DNA of 63,272 bases, filler included, from Folioceros fuciformis (taxonomy: Eukaryota): NCBI GenBank assembly GCA_049999805.1. It is 10 parts of 10 records of this genome, joined end to end, with 100 filler letters (N's around TTAATTAATTAA, not from the genome) between each part and the next. Parts side by side here need not be neighbours in the genome. Positions count along the whole stretch, not along the records: positions 43,886 to 56,631 come from JBNGIO010005068.1; positions 56,732 to 59,726 come from JBNGIO010005071.1; positions 59,827 to 62,163 come from JBNGIO010005083.1; positions 62,264 to 63,272 come from JBNGIO010005137.1; 6 more parts are not named here. The stretch is one strand, 5' to 3'. The notes beneath the pieces are model-generated. The model was not told the DNA's origin. It saw nothing but the letters and a program-made list of their open reading frames with translations, and did no database searches. Position 1 is the stretch's first letter; the number at the start of each line of letters is the position of its first letter. A program made the position numbers and the translations under genes. This document shows positions 50,326-63,272 of the stretch, one piece after another.

Positions 50326-51205
50326 TTATCGCTTGCCACCACCGCCACCAACCTTAGGACCCTTGGGTATGGCTGCCCTCGCGGTAGCAGACTTTCCAGA
50401 GCCCTTCTGGACCTTGGCGACAGCCTCAGCCTTCTTGGCCTTTTTCTCGTCTTTAGTTTTCTTAATGCGCTCCTTGATCTCTCTGTCCAGTGTGCACCTC
50501 GGACCTCAGACATCTGAGAGCACTGTGCAGAGCGAAGACGGTACACGAATTGACGACGAGACAATACCTGAGCGCAGCTTCCCGAGCAGCCGCTCGTACT
50601 TCGGTCTTCTCCGCCCGCTTCTTCTGAATAACTTCCAGCGACGCACCAACAATAGACCTGGAATAGGGCTTACTGGTTGTCCGCCTCTTCTTTTTCACGG
50701 CCTCTGCATGAATATCCTGACGGGGCACACGGATCCCACCATCGTTAGGGTGTCGTCCGCGAGCCAAGAACATAGCCTAACCCTAAATTTCTGGAACCGA
50801 CGGAAACAGGAGCACCCGAGCACGAAGTGCATCAACGGCTCACCTTCTTGTGCTGTTTCCTGAACAGCTGTGTCCATGTCAGCTTGGATGGTTTAAGCCT
50901 GTTATGAAAGTACCTCTTGCACTTAGAATTCAAGAACAGAAACACCTGGCATAGATGAAACACGCCGCAGGGTGAGACAAGATGAGCATCCCAAACACAG
51001 CACTTAATCTCAGCAGCCTTGTGTCCCACCTGCGAGTCACTGCGGATGAACCTGATACCACGACCCGGGTATATCTTAGCGCCGCTGAACCGGCAGACCT
51101 CTGTCCTGCAGGGCACAAACGGAACAAACTTGCATTTCAGAGGGAAACGAGACACAGCGTGAGACGATCAGATCCGGCGTTACGCCAAGCTTACTTGAGC
51201 ACCAT
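50326..51205 (-). CDS. RPL24: 60S ribosomal protein L24 (eL24), 5 exons
   Basis: [20 protein letters not shown]...|[13 protein letters not shown]...|DIHAEAVKK...|EIKERIKK...GGGGGKR*. Confidence 0.97.
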
Positions 51206-52683
51206 CGTGAGCGCCCCAGCGAGTGAGTCTACACGCGGTAGAGACAAGAGTCAGTGCCCTTCGGTAGGGCAACACCAACAGGGAGCGGGACAGGAGCCTC
51301 TTTTTATGAACACGGTTTAGGTCTCACAAGTATGCCTGCCTAACTCTACAGACGCCTCATTAAAATATTCATAGAAACCGATTTTATGAAGGCCGAAGCG
51401 AGTTGGATAGACCGTGACAAGCATCGTCCGCGTCTCATCACAACGCCTTTCGATAGCAGCGCGGATGGCAGATCAAACGGGGACTTGTGAGCGGGAACTC
51501 TGACGACTTTCGTGGTGTTTTTCGGTTGAACAGTTGATACAGCTCCCGTGCCCTGAAGCCAGCCCTAATGGAACACCGTATGAACCCTAAGAGACAGTTC
51601 TCCATCCCTGCGAGAGTTTGGGCCCCCAATGCTTGCCTGTTTCGTTCTGTAAGATAGTACGACATGTTCCATCCTGCCTACGAATTGGTGGATTTAGAGT
51701 TCTTGTTGGGAGACTTCCTGCTGACCTGTTTCTATGCAATCGAACAACGTAGCCGCAAGATGCAGCAGAGCAACGGCAGCTCGTTGCTTCCTTGTTTGAT
51801 TCTGTACTTGGTTTGGTTGGATTGAAATCCCACTCCGTGTAATCAGAGAAGGGTCTTCCACCATGCTCTGCTGAGGATGACAGGCATGGCATACCGCAGC
51901 GGATAGAGGGGAGGTGTCAGAATTTTAGCACTATCTCCCTGGGGATCTCGTTGGATAAACCTATTTTCGTCACTGTGGAGAGCTGTCCGCTGCGGGCCTT
52001 CCCTGAAGTGGTCAGTACACCCACAGCGGCCATGCTTTCAGAATTGTGCGCGTTTCATCTAAGAGAAGATAAAAGGGTTCCAGTGTTTGGCACACTTCAC
52101 GGTTTCTTCTCCATGGTCTCACCCCCTCGCAGCTCATGCTCTCATTTCCTCTGAATTAGACCATGAGCCTGTGAGACCGGCACGCACCTAATACCCCTAG
52201 CCGTCTTCCTCCTCTTGGTTCAACATGCCCCCAGATGAGGGATGCGATTACTGAGTATACACAGAGAGTTTAACATGCACACTGTCACAAACTTGACCTG
52301 AGGAATCTGAAAGAGAGACACGATTACTGTAAGAATCCCTGTTCGCGGGGCCGCGGAAAGGCAAAAACAGGCCTCTAGTAACGGCAGGCTTTCTTCTTTA
52401 GGATTTCGAGAACGTTCTGAGAAGTACAAGGGTTCGGGGGATCCGCACGGCTCGAATCCAGACAAGACGGCCGCCAACTCTTCGTACAAAACGTGGCCAG
52501 GCCTCTAATATTAATATACTCTAGGCAACGGATGGGCTAAGGTGGATGCATGGGATGGGCTGGGGGCGGAAAAAGTGTTGCCTCCTACTTCAACCGTTAA
52601 GTCGGACTCGGGCGCATCTGCAAACCACAACCTTGGGCGGCAGGAAGCACTCTCAACTACGTCCCGAGACACTAAAAATGTCT

Positions 52684-54081
52684 CTAAGACCCTACTTCTT
52701 CCTCGGCCGGCTCTGCCTCAGGGGCAGAGGCAGAGGCGGCGGCAGGGGCAGGGGGTGGGGTTGCGTTTGATGGCCCTGGACCTGCTGATACCTTCACCAT
52801 AGCAGGTCGCAGAAGTTTGGATCCAATTCGGAAACCTCTTCTGAACTCTTGCGTAATTATGCCGTCCGGATATTCAGAAGAGTCTTCACGCATGATAGCC
52901 TCGTGAACCTGCACCAACCAGTGGAAACGCAAGTGCTCTGAGACACGACACCAAAGCTTCTATACGAAGATACGGAGTGGAGTGAGTGGCCAATAAAAGA
53001 CAACATACCTCTGGGTTGAACTCTTTCCCCACAGTTTCCACCACAGACACTCCCAAGGATCTCATCACCTCCACAAACTGCTTGTAGATGCTTTGATAAC
53101 TGTTGTCTATCTTTTGTTCTGCGTCCGTCTCAGTTTTAATAGCTCCCTTCGCCCTCTCAAAGTTGTCGATCATGGGCAGCAGGGTTTCAATCACATCCCC
53201 CTTAGCAGAATCAGACAAGGACACCTTCTCCCGCTCTGACCTTTTCCTGTAGTTGTCAAAGTCGGCATTCAGTCGAAGGAACCGTTGATTCGCTAGGGAG
53301 ATGTCCTCCGTGAGAGATGCAACTTGCTGGAACAGAGATTCCCTCTCTTGCTCCAAAAGCCGCAGTTGGCCCTCTAGGTTTGCCACAGCATCTTCGTCCT
53401 CAGCGGCTAAAGCCTCCTTAAGTTCCTTCAGTATGGTGTCGATCAGAGTAGCACCGGAAACAGTAGCTTCAGCTGAGCTCGCGGATTCAGGAACCTCGTC
53501 ACTCTCGGATTCCGTTTCGTCTTCCTCCTCATCTTGCTGTTTGCCGATTCACAAAAACAGTCAGCAACAGAGTGTATCACGGAACTCCTCGTCGTTCAAG
53601 ACACATTCCAAAACTCTATCATACGGCAACATCACGCTCCCACATTTGACGCTTCCACGCCTGACCGACCAGCCGCCACGGACGAGACAACCGACGTCCA
53701 GATACGCACTCTAGGTCACAACACAGCAGCCGTGCACAAGACAACAAAAATCCAGCTCCGCATTCTAGGTCACAACACAGCAGCCATGGACGTTGCTCGA
53801 GACCTAACTGTACCACGCAGTCCGACGCGACATCTGACCTTGGCTTCCGCCTGAGCAGCGCGCTGAGCCACCAAGAAGGGCCTGAGCCTGCGGACGACAC
53901 GTGACGATAGCCTGCCTCCGCCCAGGCGCAGCGACAGGCACGGCAACAACGCGGCTCTGGTGCAGCAGGAGAGTCCACCGCTCACGCATGGGCGCACAGA
54001 CCTTGAGGCTTCCGAGGGTGACGCATTTCTGGCCCCTGCCACAGCTGCTACAGAAGTTGTTGCAGCCGCCAGCGCCGCCAT
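52684..54081 (-). CDS. grpE: Plastid GrpE co-chaperone; exons 54081-53839, 53536-53009, 52908-52684
   Basis: Ala/Ser/Arg-rich leader; RLNADFDNYRKR, LLPMIDNFERA, FNPEVHEAI, LLRPAMVKVS. Confidence 0.95.
53674..53791. repeat. Two-plus copies of a 54-bp unit in GrpE intron 1
   Basis: CTAGGTCACAACACAGCAGCC recurs at 54-nt spacing. Confidence 0.85.
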
Positions 54082-54680
54082 GACCCTTTCAATGGCGCAA
54101 ATTCTTGGACGCTCCCGGCACCAGAATGCAGGAACCCGAAGATTCCTGCAACCCGTCACTCCAACGGCACACCCTGGAGGGACGCAGGATACGAAGAGAT
54201 CGACGCCCGCTATTCTCCACCAGCTTCGAATCCCCGAGAACGAGTGACGTAACAAGCAGAGTCGGTATGCCTGATCGGATTCAACAAGGTTTCGCCAAAC
54301 TATCCCAAATACCGCAAGATCTTGAGGCCCCACGCCTCGGCTATCCAACTTGTTGCTGCGGAAATTGCACAAATGGGGCTAAATTTCGCCCGAAATGTTT
54401 AGCCGGAAGATTCTGGACGTTCTTTCCGAGCCTTTATTTTCGCACCTGCCTACTTTTCGAACACTCTAGAGGATAGCATGTGAAAGCCTATGGTAAAAGC
54501 AAAACACATATGGCCATTGCCTAAGCCTATGGCATTTGGTCTGCTGGGCACTCTCGGTTGAAAAGTAAGACATATCCAAGTACAAGGGGAAAGCCCCCTC
54601 CACTATGCCTTGTAAGAGATAAGTGATTTGAAGATAGTAGGATCGTGCATTAAGAAGCCTTGAGTGTTATCTCAAGGTCC

Positions 54681-54842
54681 AGCCTAGTGCATGAAGTTAG
54701 AGTTAATAGTTGGAACTTAGTGCATGTTGGAGCCTAGTGCATGAAGTTAGAGTTAATAGTTGGAACTTAATGCATGTTGGAGCCTAGTGCATGAAGTTAG
54801 AGTTAATAGTTGGAACTTAGTGCATGTTGGAGCCTAGTGCAT
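54681..54842. repeat. 3 x 50-bp near-perfect tandem repeat plus partial copy
   Basis: AGCCTAGTGCATGAAGTTAGAGTTAATAGTTGGAACTTAGTGCATGTTGG at 54681, 54731, 54781. Confidence 0.95.
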
Positions 54843-56731
54843 AACGGGAGAGCTGTCAATTAAAAGTTCCTTGGATAGATCCTTAGCAAGTGTTGTGAAA
54901 GTTGAGCCCTCAAGGTTGAGGGCACGAGAATTGTTGGGTCCATAAGAGATTTAGTGTTGTGTTGCAAAGACTTGAGGGCATGAGAATTCTGAGGTGCATC
55001 TCAGTTGAGAGCATGAGGCTTATGCGTTGTGGAGTGAATGGGCAAGGTGGAGCCTTGTGGATTAGGGTTTCTCACGGAGTCAATGGTTGGAGAAGAAACC
55101 TTTTTCCAAATTTCTCTTGTACAGTGAATGGACGGGGACGAGGTGCTAGGTCCAATGAGATTCAGTGAAAGGGTGACATGCTAGGCTAGTGGCATGGAGC
55201 TAAGGGACAAGATATGTATATATTTGGTAACTTAATTTGAAAAAGATCTACTATCTATGATGATATCCTAAAAAAACTCTCATTAGTTAAGCAATTTTTG
55301 TAAACTCTCTTAAATTAGAAGATTTTAGTGAAGGCTCTAAGATTGTACTCATACATAGTCTTGGTATGCCTCTAGGACTCTCTTATAAACCTATCTTCAT
55401 AAACAACCATGGGTTTTTGGGGAATATGGTGTTGTGTGTGTGGCTCTATCCCAAAGCGTGACGAGGCAATGCAATTAACTCCAACGTTGTCTACATGCAG
55501 CAATCTTTCGCCTGACCATGGCACAAACATAATGACTGGAACACAAGAAGTACTTTGTTCCATGGAGGCTAGTTCTTCAAGACATAGAAATCCTTTGCTC
55601 ACTTGCAGGAAGAAAAATTGGAAGAAAACCTTTAGCAACATCAAAAGACATGTGTGGGTGCCATTGTTACGATTTTGTACTTGCAAAGCTGTGAATGAAG
55701 AATCTCTCACTTATAGAGTCACGAATGAGGAATCTCTTACTTGTAGAGTCATGAATGAAGAATCTCTTACTTGTGGACCCGCGGCTAAAGAAACCATAGA
55801 TTATAACTTTCTTTTTGAAGATGTAAGTAAAGTAACATCATGTGTTGTTAAGAAAAGGATGACCTTGCCTAATCATGACCTTAAAAATATTTTGTCATAT
55901 GGACCTCTATCAACCATTGAAGAAGAGTTAAGAGGCGAATTCATATTAGAAAATGAACCTGACTATCTGAAGAAGAAAATATCTCCAAGCATTATGAAGT
56001 TAGAAAAACGTTTTGAGGCTGCGTATATTAAACGTTATTTACCGACTAGCAATATACAACATCCTCGTTTCATACAAGAGCTTTAGAAAACAATTGCTCA
56101 AAATGTCTCATAAAAGTTTTCTTATAAGGCTGGTAGTTTTGAATATATGGTACTTGCCATAATTTGTGTTGTAAATAAGGCTTTGTTAAGAGGAATTATC
56201 ATAGGTAGGAATTTTCTCTTCTTAAGCTGCAGTTGGTAGTTTCAAAATTGGCACCCATGGGGCTAGGCTTCTTTGTTTTTTTTCGCAACGAAAAGGATTT
56301 GGATTAAATTAGTCAAAAACATCTTTCAAGATGGGAAGAGTTCATGACGTTTGAAGGTAAAGAACTTCAAAACCACGACACTTTTCACTCGTATTTTCGA
56401 ACTCTTCAAAGCATCATCCTATAGAGCACATTCTAGCTTGGCTTTGATGATTTTGGCTTTAGTAGATAAGATTGTAATTTTTAATGCTTTGAAATGCTTT
56501 TGAGTTATGTAATCTATGTACAGTCCACCCTCCCTAAATGTTACCTGTTGGGAATAGGGCATTGGGTAACATTTAAGGACGTGTAACATATAGAGAATTT
56601 AAGTATTTATAATAAAATAAAATAATTAAATNNNNNNNNNNNNNNNNNNNNNNNNNNNNNNNNNNNNNNNNNNNNTTAATTAATTAANNNNNNNNNNNNN
56701 NNNNNNNNNNNNNNNNNNNNNNNNNNNNNNN

Positions 56732-59726
56732 AGACGACGGGGCGACGGTAGCCGGCAGGGCAACCGTCGCCGGAGGAACGACTGGTGGTAGCCCAATGGG
56801 CGGAGAAAGCAGGCAGGGTATAAAAACCCTAGAGAAAGGGGAGCTTTGTCCAGTATCCGGAAGCGTGGGGAGCGGGAGTAACGTGAAGCGTAAAGTGGCC
56901 GAGGAAGGCGAAAGCGCCAGGACGACGGGACAGACGGCGCAGGGTGTAAGGGTCGAGCAAGCGCAGGGGAGTGGAAGACCTCCAAGGCGCGAGCGGTGGA
57001 GGGATCTGGGCGAACAGAGGAAGGGCCAGAGCGCGACCAGGACAGAAGAGTTCAAAGTCCGAGCGCGAGAGGGGGGGGCAGGCAGGATTAGGTCGCGGCC
57101 TGAACTGATCCCTGGAGCAGCAGCCTCTAGACAGGAGAGGGGACCTCCTGTCCCCTAAATCGACCTGCTTCTGTGGCCCAACATGGAGCATTGGAGAGTC
57201 AGGGCAGGAAAATTGGTGGCAGAGCTGGATCTGACTTTTATGACCCAGAAGTGGAACCATGCAGCACCTCAGCTGGTCAGGGAGTGCGCCCTGAGGCTGA
57301 TAGAGCCCGTATGCGAGGAGGGGATCAGAGGCAGACCCCAGGAATGGAACTTGGAGTTGGTCAGGAGGGTCTACGGGCGCAGCCAACAGGAGGAAGGGGG
57401 GCTGGTGCTGGAGTCCCTAAAGAGGCGTGGCGGAACGAGAGCGGCGGAAACACTGCTCAAGGCAGGCACGAGAAAGGAAGCGAACGGGTGGCTGGTGCGC
57501 GACATGGCAAGTCCCCAGCTGTTGGGATTGGCCAGGTGGGTCCTGAGCTTCTTCCGGGTACGCAAACAGGATTATTTGTCCGATCAGATGCTCCTGTTTG
57601 TGCATGAAGTAGTGAAGGGCACCAAGATCGACTGGGGAAGGATTTTATACACCCGGATGGATGAGGAGAGGCAAAACCTGATCTGACCCACCCCTGAACC
57701 TTCTATGATTTCCCCGTTTCTAATCCACGTGTACAGTTACGCTAACGTGGTCACTGAGCTAGAAAGGCTGGCCTCGCTGCACGTGTGGAAGCCAGTTCGT
57801 GATGTGAAGTGGAAGCCCGCTGAGCCAGTAAGGGCTGCCTCTAGCAGTTGGGAAGCTGACAGTGGGGATAGCTCGCAGGAGGAAACCCCAACCAAGCCCA
57901 GGAAGAGGATGGCCCCACAAAAGAAGGCTCCCACCAGGAGGAAAAGGATCAGAGGACCAAGTGTGAGCATGGGGGCTGATCAGGAGGAAGGGGGGACAGC
58001 CCTGGAGCAGATAGGCTAGCAAGAGGAAGAACGTGAACCAGCTGTCCAGGGAATCGAGGACCGAAGGTTGGAGGAACAAGGCCAGGGTGAGACAAGACCC
58101 GAGGAGCCACGGGATCAGGTGATGACAGCCGACACAGTTTCCTCCAGACAGGAGGATAAGTTAGGGCGCGTTACAGCATAGGAGGGTTTTTCAGGGTGGG
58201 AGGACATTTTCAGGTGCAGGCCTCAAAGAGACAGGTTGTAGGTGGGGGACCTGGACAAGTTGCGAGAACTCCTGGGCAGACAAATCACGGCGAGAGGAAT
58301 GGGCACTGGAGGGGTGCAGGAGGTGGACTTGCCCGGATTGACTGCTGCAATGGTACAAGCCCAAGCAAACCTCCTGGATTAGGCTGCTAGGGCCCTGACC
58401 TGGTTAAGTGTACAAGCCGAGCGAGAAACCAAGGCTCAGGTGAAGGAAGAGGAGGCTCGTGAGCGAGAGGTTGAAGTAAGAAGGCAACTGGCGGAGTCGG
58501 AGACAGCGCGGCAACTGCTGGAGGGGAAGCAGTGGGTTCTGGACAGGGAGAAGGCTCAAGCCGAGGAAGAGGCGCGCGAGGCGAGGGCGGAAGTGCAGGC
58601 GCTGAAAGAGCAATAGGGGGCCCTGCTAGCTCAGGTGAGGGAGGCTCATGAGACTAACCTGGAGTTGCAACAGGAAATGGCCAAGGCACAGGAGATGGAG
58701 ATAGCCGCTGTGAAGCAGGCTCAGAAGTTAGCAGACAGATACAAGTGGGAGCGGGATGAGGCCAGAGAGAGAGTGAAGAGGAAGAGCAAGGCTGGGCGCC
58801 TGAGTCAAACGACGACCCCGGTAGCCGACGGGGCTACCGGTAGCCGAACCAAGGGAACAGTAGTCGAGGGGGCTACCGGTAGTCCGGTAGTCCACGGGAC
58901 TACCAGTAGTCGGGTAGCCGACGGGGCTACCGGTGGCCCAGCAAGGCCCAGGATAGCTGAAGAACCAACCATGGATAAGGAGGAAGTAGTAGGGGCGCCT
59001 GCCCCTAAGCGCTCCAGGAGGGTGACCCGTACCAGGAGAACAGAACCGGAGGAGACAACAACTGGGCAGGCAGAGAACCTTCAGGTACCCCATCAGGAGA
59101 GGGAGTAGGCAACCCGAGGTAGCCCAAGGGAGGACGGGGTAAGCACCTCTGTGATGACAGAAGGTCGGATTGTGCTGCAGTATGAGAAGGAGGCCTCCTA
59201 TGTGCCAGGTCTGTATGTAGAAGGGGCCAGGGTTCTGAAGCTGTTTTTGTATGTACGTATGGGCACAGGAGGGACGCGGGGCTACGTCCTGCAGGTGAGG
59301 ACGCGCCTGGGACTCTACCACTACAGATGGTGGGTGACAGGACTGCCCCACTGCTATGCGGAGGCAGTTCTCGAGGAACTGACGGAAGAGGAGGCCCAGC
59401 ACTGGGTAGAACGGGGGCATGTGGCTGTCCTCAGTAACCAGAGAAGGAGGAGGGGTGGTGGACCACAGCTGCGGGACCCACCTGCACCGCCAGCCAGGCC
59501 CAGCAGCAGCAGCAGTGATGTGGAGATCCTCTGGGAAGACCTGCCGGATCAACGGAGGGGCAGAAGAGCGAGAGGAGGAGCAGCAAGGGGTGACGTGCGA
59601 AGGCCAGGAGGAAGCCGCCAGCAGCGCAGGACAAGGCGATAGTAAATGCAGGCTAGAATAGTTTTTTTTAGCGTGCTTTATTTGGACCCAAGTCGCTCAG
59701 AATTTAAGAGCGCAGCCCCCTTGCCT
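56732..59726 (+). mobile_element. GC-rich retrotransposon accessory-ORF region (gypsy-like), degenerate
   Basis: One interrupted frame with KGTKIDWGRILY...ISPFLIHVY, then basic/acidic and coiled-coil tracts and internal repeats; no RT or INT on this contig. Confidence 0.55.
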
Positions 59727-59951
59727 NNNNNNNNNNNNNNNNNNNNNNNNNNNNNNNNNNNNNNNNNNNNTTAATTAATTAANNNNNNNNNNNNNNNNNN
59801 NNNNNNNNNNNNNNNNNNNNNNNNNNCTCTTGTCCAGCAGCAGAAGGTGCATTAGATCCAGCATCAGGAGGATGCTCTTAGGCGCCATGCCAGCTTTGGT
59901 GGTCGAAAGTTGGCACCCCACAAATAATCGCAGCTACTGCGGCCATGGCCG

Positions 59952-60475
59952 TTGCAAATGTCCGCTTACACTGATGCTGATTGGGGGGGAGACATAGACT
60001 CGAAGAAATCAACATCAAGCTTCGCTTTAATGCTCTGCGGTGCAGCTATTGACTGGGGATCTAAGAGGCAGATAGCCATTGCCCTCTCCTCCACTGAGTC
60101 GGACTACATGGCCGCTACCCTTGCTACCAAGCGTGTCGTGGACAAAGTTCGGCTTCTTGATGAATTAGGGATGAAGCAACAAAAGCCGAACATCATCAAG
60201 ATCGACAACCAATTTGCTCTGGCTCTTGCAGGCAACCCCAAGTTCAGATCTAGGTCCAAGCACATAGATCTCCAATACCACTACGTACGTGAGAAATCCG
60301 CAACGGGAGAGATCAGATTGGAATACTGTCATACTGAGCAAATGGCTGGCAATATTCTCACCAAGAGCCTACCACGCAATAAACATTTAGCTTGTGTTTC
60401 CCTACTAGGAGTTTGTTCTCTCCCAAGACTGGATGATGTATCTATCCCACATATCTAGTCTGAGGGGGAGTATTA
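59952..60475 (+). mobile_element. Ty1/copia RNase H fragment with PPT
   Basis: AYTDADWGGD, IALSSTESDY, RSKHIDLQYHYVRE, ILTKSL; GAGGGGGAG after the stop. Confidence 0.92.
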
Positions 60476-60749
60476 GAATATAGATAATCATCTTAGTTAT
60501 TAGGTAGTAGATAGGCGAAGGGACGCACCCGTTCACCTTGACACCTTTATATGAAGAGAGTCATATTTTCTATGATTGAGAAAGAGATGGAAAGTCCCAT
60601 CTACTCCAAAGATTGGAGGAACAACCCCATTAGAGCCAAAGGCAAAAAGATGTCCTCTCTCCTGCGAATGTCATTTTCAAAAACTACCTACTGCTCCCAA
60701 AATGTCATGATGTGGAATAACAAAAGGCCTACCTACCACCGGTGCTGAA

Positions 60750-61760
60750 GAAGCCACTTGACCTTCGCTTGTTGTTGTTCTAAAAATTGCATTGGCCAAT
60801 GCACGTTGCAAAGCAATGGATACATGTTGTCGAAAGAAGGCCATCATAGAGGAAAGAGGGAGAACACCATTCCTATTGCTATGATAAACCTTGGCGCACT
60901 CCTTGATAACCTTGAAAAGTCCTTGCCCATAGCTCCATGAGTCTCAAGAGCAAGGGGGATGAAAGTATGCCCATCTTGCAAGGGAGAATACTTATGGATT
61001 TTGGCACTTGCACAACCCTCTGCCACCCAACTAGGGGAGTTGATGATGACGTGCTCACAAATCGAATCCCTAGTGGAATCCGTAACAACCACATCAGCAA
61101 CACAAACCTAGTGAAGAAAAGATCGACTCTAAGTGAAACCCCATTGCGCAAAGTATATGGGCGCTCCCTATACGAAAGAAACCCACACTCCCTAGCCATT
61201 GAGAACATCACGTCCCGAACTGCATCATGAGTGATAATGCAATGCCCCCCAATGGGACAATGTGCCAAATGGGACCTTGTATCGACAATGGCAACCCCAC
61301 AACTGCATGTAGAGAGAGAAAAATATAAGGGGTGGGCCAAACCTAAGCGAAATCTCATCGCGGTGGCAAAAGTTGCTGGTGCGATTCGAAACGCCTGGAT
61401 GCAAGGTCGAGCTAAAAGCCAAGAGCCCGCTCCTTTACCTGAACAAGATCGAATACGAGCTCGAGAAGACCTAGGGATGGATGAGTCTAAAAGAAGGGCT
61501 CTTAGTGCTTGGCCATATTGGTTTTCTAGGAGGGAGGCTTGGAGACCCTTCAACCCATCCCTAGAAAAGGAGATAGAGCCTCATGAGCTTCCAAAGGTAG
61601 AGAATCCCTCGCTTCCTTAAAAGACACCTGTAAAGGGAAAACGCCTTCCTCAACACCTGAAATAAAACTTTCAAGAACAGGGGAATCTTGTAGCAAAAAC
61701 CGAAAGGCCAAAATTAGAGTTGAGAGGGCCGAGTTGCCGAGAAAGGCAGTTGGGGCAGAG
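60750..61760 (-). mobile_element. CRE-like non-LTR retrotransposon C-terminal fragment (CCHC knuckle plus restriction-like endonuclease)
   Basis: GAGSWL..P, AMRFRLGL, CSCG...HLAHC..GG, HDAVRD, RVDL, DVVVTD, AKIHKY, FIPLALETHGAMG; frameshifted. Confidence 0.8.
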
Positions 61761-61765
61761 GCCTC

Positions 61766-62163
61766 TATGAACCTCCAAAGTTTGGGGTAGTGGTTTGTTT
61801 TGGTTGAAAAAGGGGTAATAGTGGTATGCTATGGTTTGGTTTTCTTTTTCTACTTATTTTCCCTAATTTTTATTTATTTTCTGGTTATTTTTCCTATTTT
61901 TCTTTGTGCTAATTAGGTTAATTGACAAGGAAATATTTGGTTTGGTTATAAGAGTGGGTATAGGTTTTGTCCCAGATCCGGGAAAGTTTAGGTCCAGTAC
62001 CGGACCATAGGGTCAGGAAAGTTTGAGTCTAGGTCTGGTGATTAGTTTAATATTAATTAAAGGTATATGATATTAAATGATTAAATAGTAATTAGAATAA
62101 TATAAAATAATAAAATAATAAGAGGAACCTAGGAACGGGAATATGTGGGGTATGGTATGTCAG
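61766..62163 (+). repeat. Dispersed repeat, probable LTR 5' end, abutting the non-LTR fragment
   Basis: Matches 6105-6296. Confidence 0.8.
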
Positions 62164-62263
62164 NNNNNNNNNNNNNNNNNNNNNNNNNNNNNNNNNNNNN
62201 NNNNNNNTTAATTAATTAANNNNNNNNNNNNNNNNNNNNNNNNNNNNNNNNNNNNNNNNNNNN

Positions 62264-63272
62264 GAGTTGTAATGACCACTAGTATTCTAGGATGAGTGGT
62301 GTGTATCATTCCCAGTTTTAGCAGTGGCTTAGCTGTGGAGTATAAATAGGCCAGTGTTAGGGTCTTAAGGATACGGTGATACACTGATACAAAAAGAGGC
62401 AGACAGTGAGAAGTCTAGCCTGGAGGCATAGCTGTGGAGGGCTTGAAGAGCAAGCTTGTCAGATAGAGTCGAGGGCAGTAGCCAGTGAGGCGTAGATCGC
62501 CAGACTCTTTGTAAGTATCTGGAATAAAGAGCAGCACCTAGAGGAGGTGGTCTGCGAGTCGTCAGTGGACGGCGGGCTACTTGGAGCCTAGTGCTGAGTC
62601 GTGTGAGAGAGAGTGAGTGAATTGCAAGTGGAGCGCTGCGGAGTGTTTAGACGAGATTCGAGGCCGTTGCTTCCTTTTACGCTGCGTAAGGAAGGGGGCG
62701 TTACTTAGTTGGTATCAGAGCATAGTCTATTCCTCCAAGATGGCTAAGCGCCAGAGGATGCAAATACGAGAGGTTTTCCCCTAATCCCCCCCCTCACCAA
62801 CTCCAGGAAAACCAAGGCAAGGAGATGTCGAAAACCGACACAGCAGGACCATCCGGAGACAAATCTGAAGATTGGAAGACGCAGATGATGGTCGCTTTAC
62901 GACAAATTCTCCCCGAAATATTGCCGGAAGTTCTCCAAGATTTGACAGCATCTGGGAAAAAGGCAAGGAAGGATCCACAGCCTATAGCTCTACAAAATGA
63001 GGAAGCGGAAGACAATCAAGATCCTTTTCATATCTTCGAAGCAGTTCCGAGGGCAAATCTGAAGTTGACCGTGCCAGATAAGTATGAGGGAGTAAGGGAT
63101 CTACAAGCTATTGATTCCTGGATTTACTCTATTGAAAGCTATCTTGCTTCATCTGGCTTGGAGCCTAAGCATTACTTAGGAACTGTGGGCAACTTTCTCA
63201 AAGGGTATGCTTTGGTGTGGTGGCGAAGTTATTGTGCTAATGTAGCCCAGGGAAATCGAGCACACACCATCA
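62264..63272 (+). mobile_element. Ty3/gypsy 5' LTR, PBS (62710-62721) and degenerate gag start
   Basis: TGGTATCAGAGC; VPDKYEG.RD...IDSWIYSIESYL...LKGYALVWW. Confidence 0.9.

Noticed and set aside
1-63272. tRNA, rRNA or snRNA genes
   Set aside because: None recognised by eye; TGGTATCAGAGC matches are primer-binding sites. A covariance-model scan would be needed to exclude small RNAs.

Overview
Eukaryotic plant nuclear DNA assembled from about 13 contigs. Nine joins are 100-nt N spacers containing the artificial six-frame-stop linker TTAATTAATTAA and three are plain 100-N gaps, so adjacency across joins is unproven. Two compact gene islands have short GT-AG introns. The first (10.1-17.8 kb) holds RPL9, a lysophospholipid acyltransferase and a spliced gene ending in a bacterial-type VapC/PIN domain behind a transit-peptide-like leader. 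The second (42-54 kb, split by one linker) holds a PLS-class PPR pseudogene, a bacterial/algal-type sulfate-binding protein Sbp, KELP, RPL24 and plastid GrpE. The rest is nested, decayed Ty1/copia and Ty3/gypsy elements plus a CRE-like non-LTR fragment. The most unusual region is 28-37.8 kb: three decayed copies of a family whose fullest copy is a spliced gene fusing a ParB-like N-terminal domain to a beta-class (N6A/N4C-type) DNA methyltransferase with a variant D(V/M)PRG catalytic motif, flanked by palindromic repeats and probably carried by a mobile element. PLS-PPR plus Sbp plus short introns suggests a bryophyte such as a hornwort; this is inference only. All family calls come from motif recognition by eye and no searches were run.
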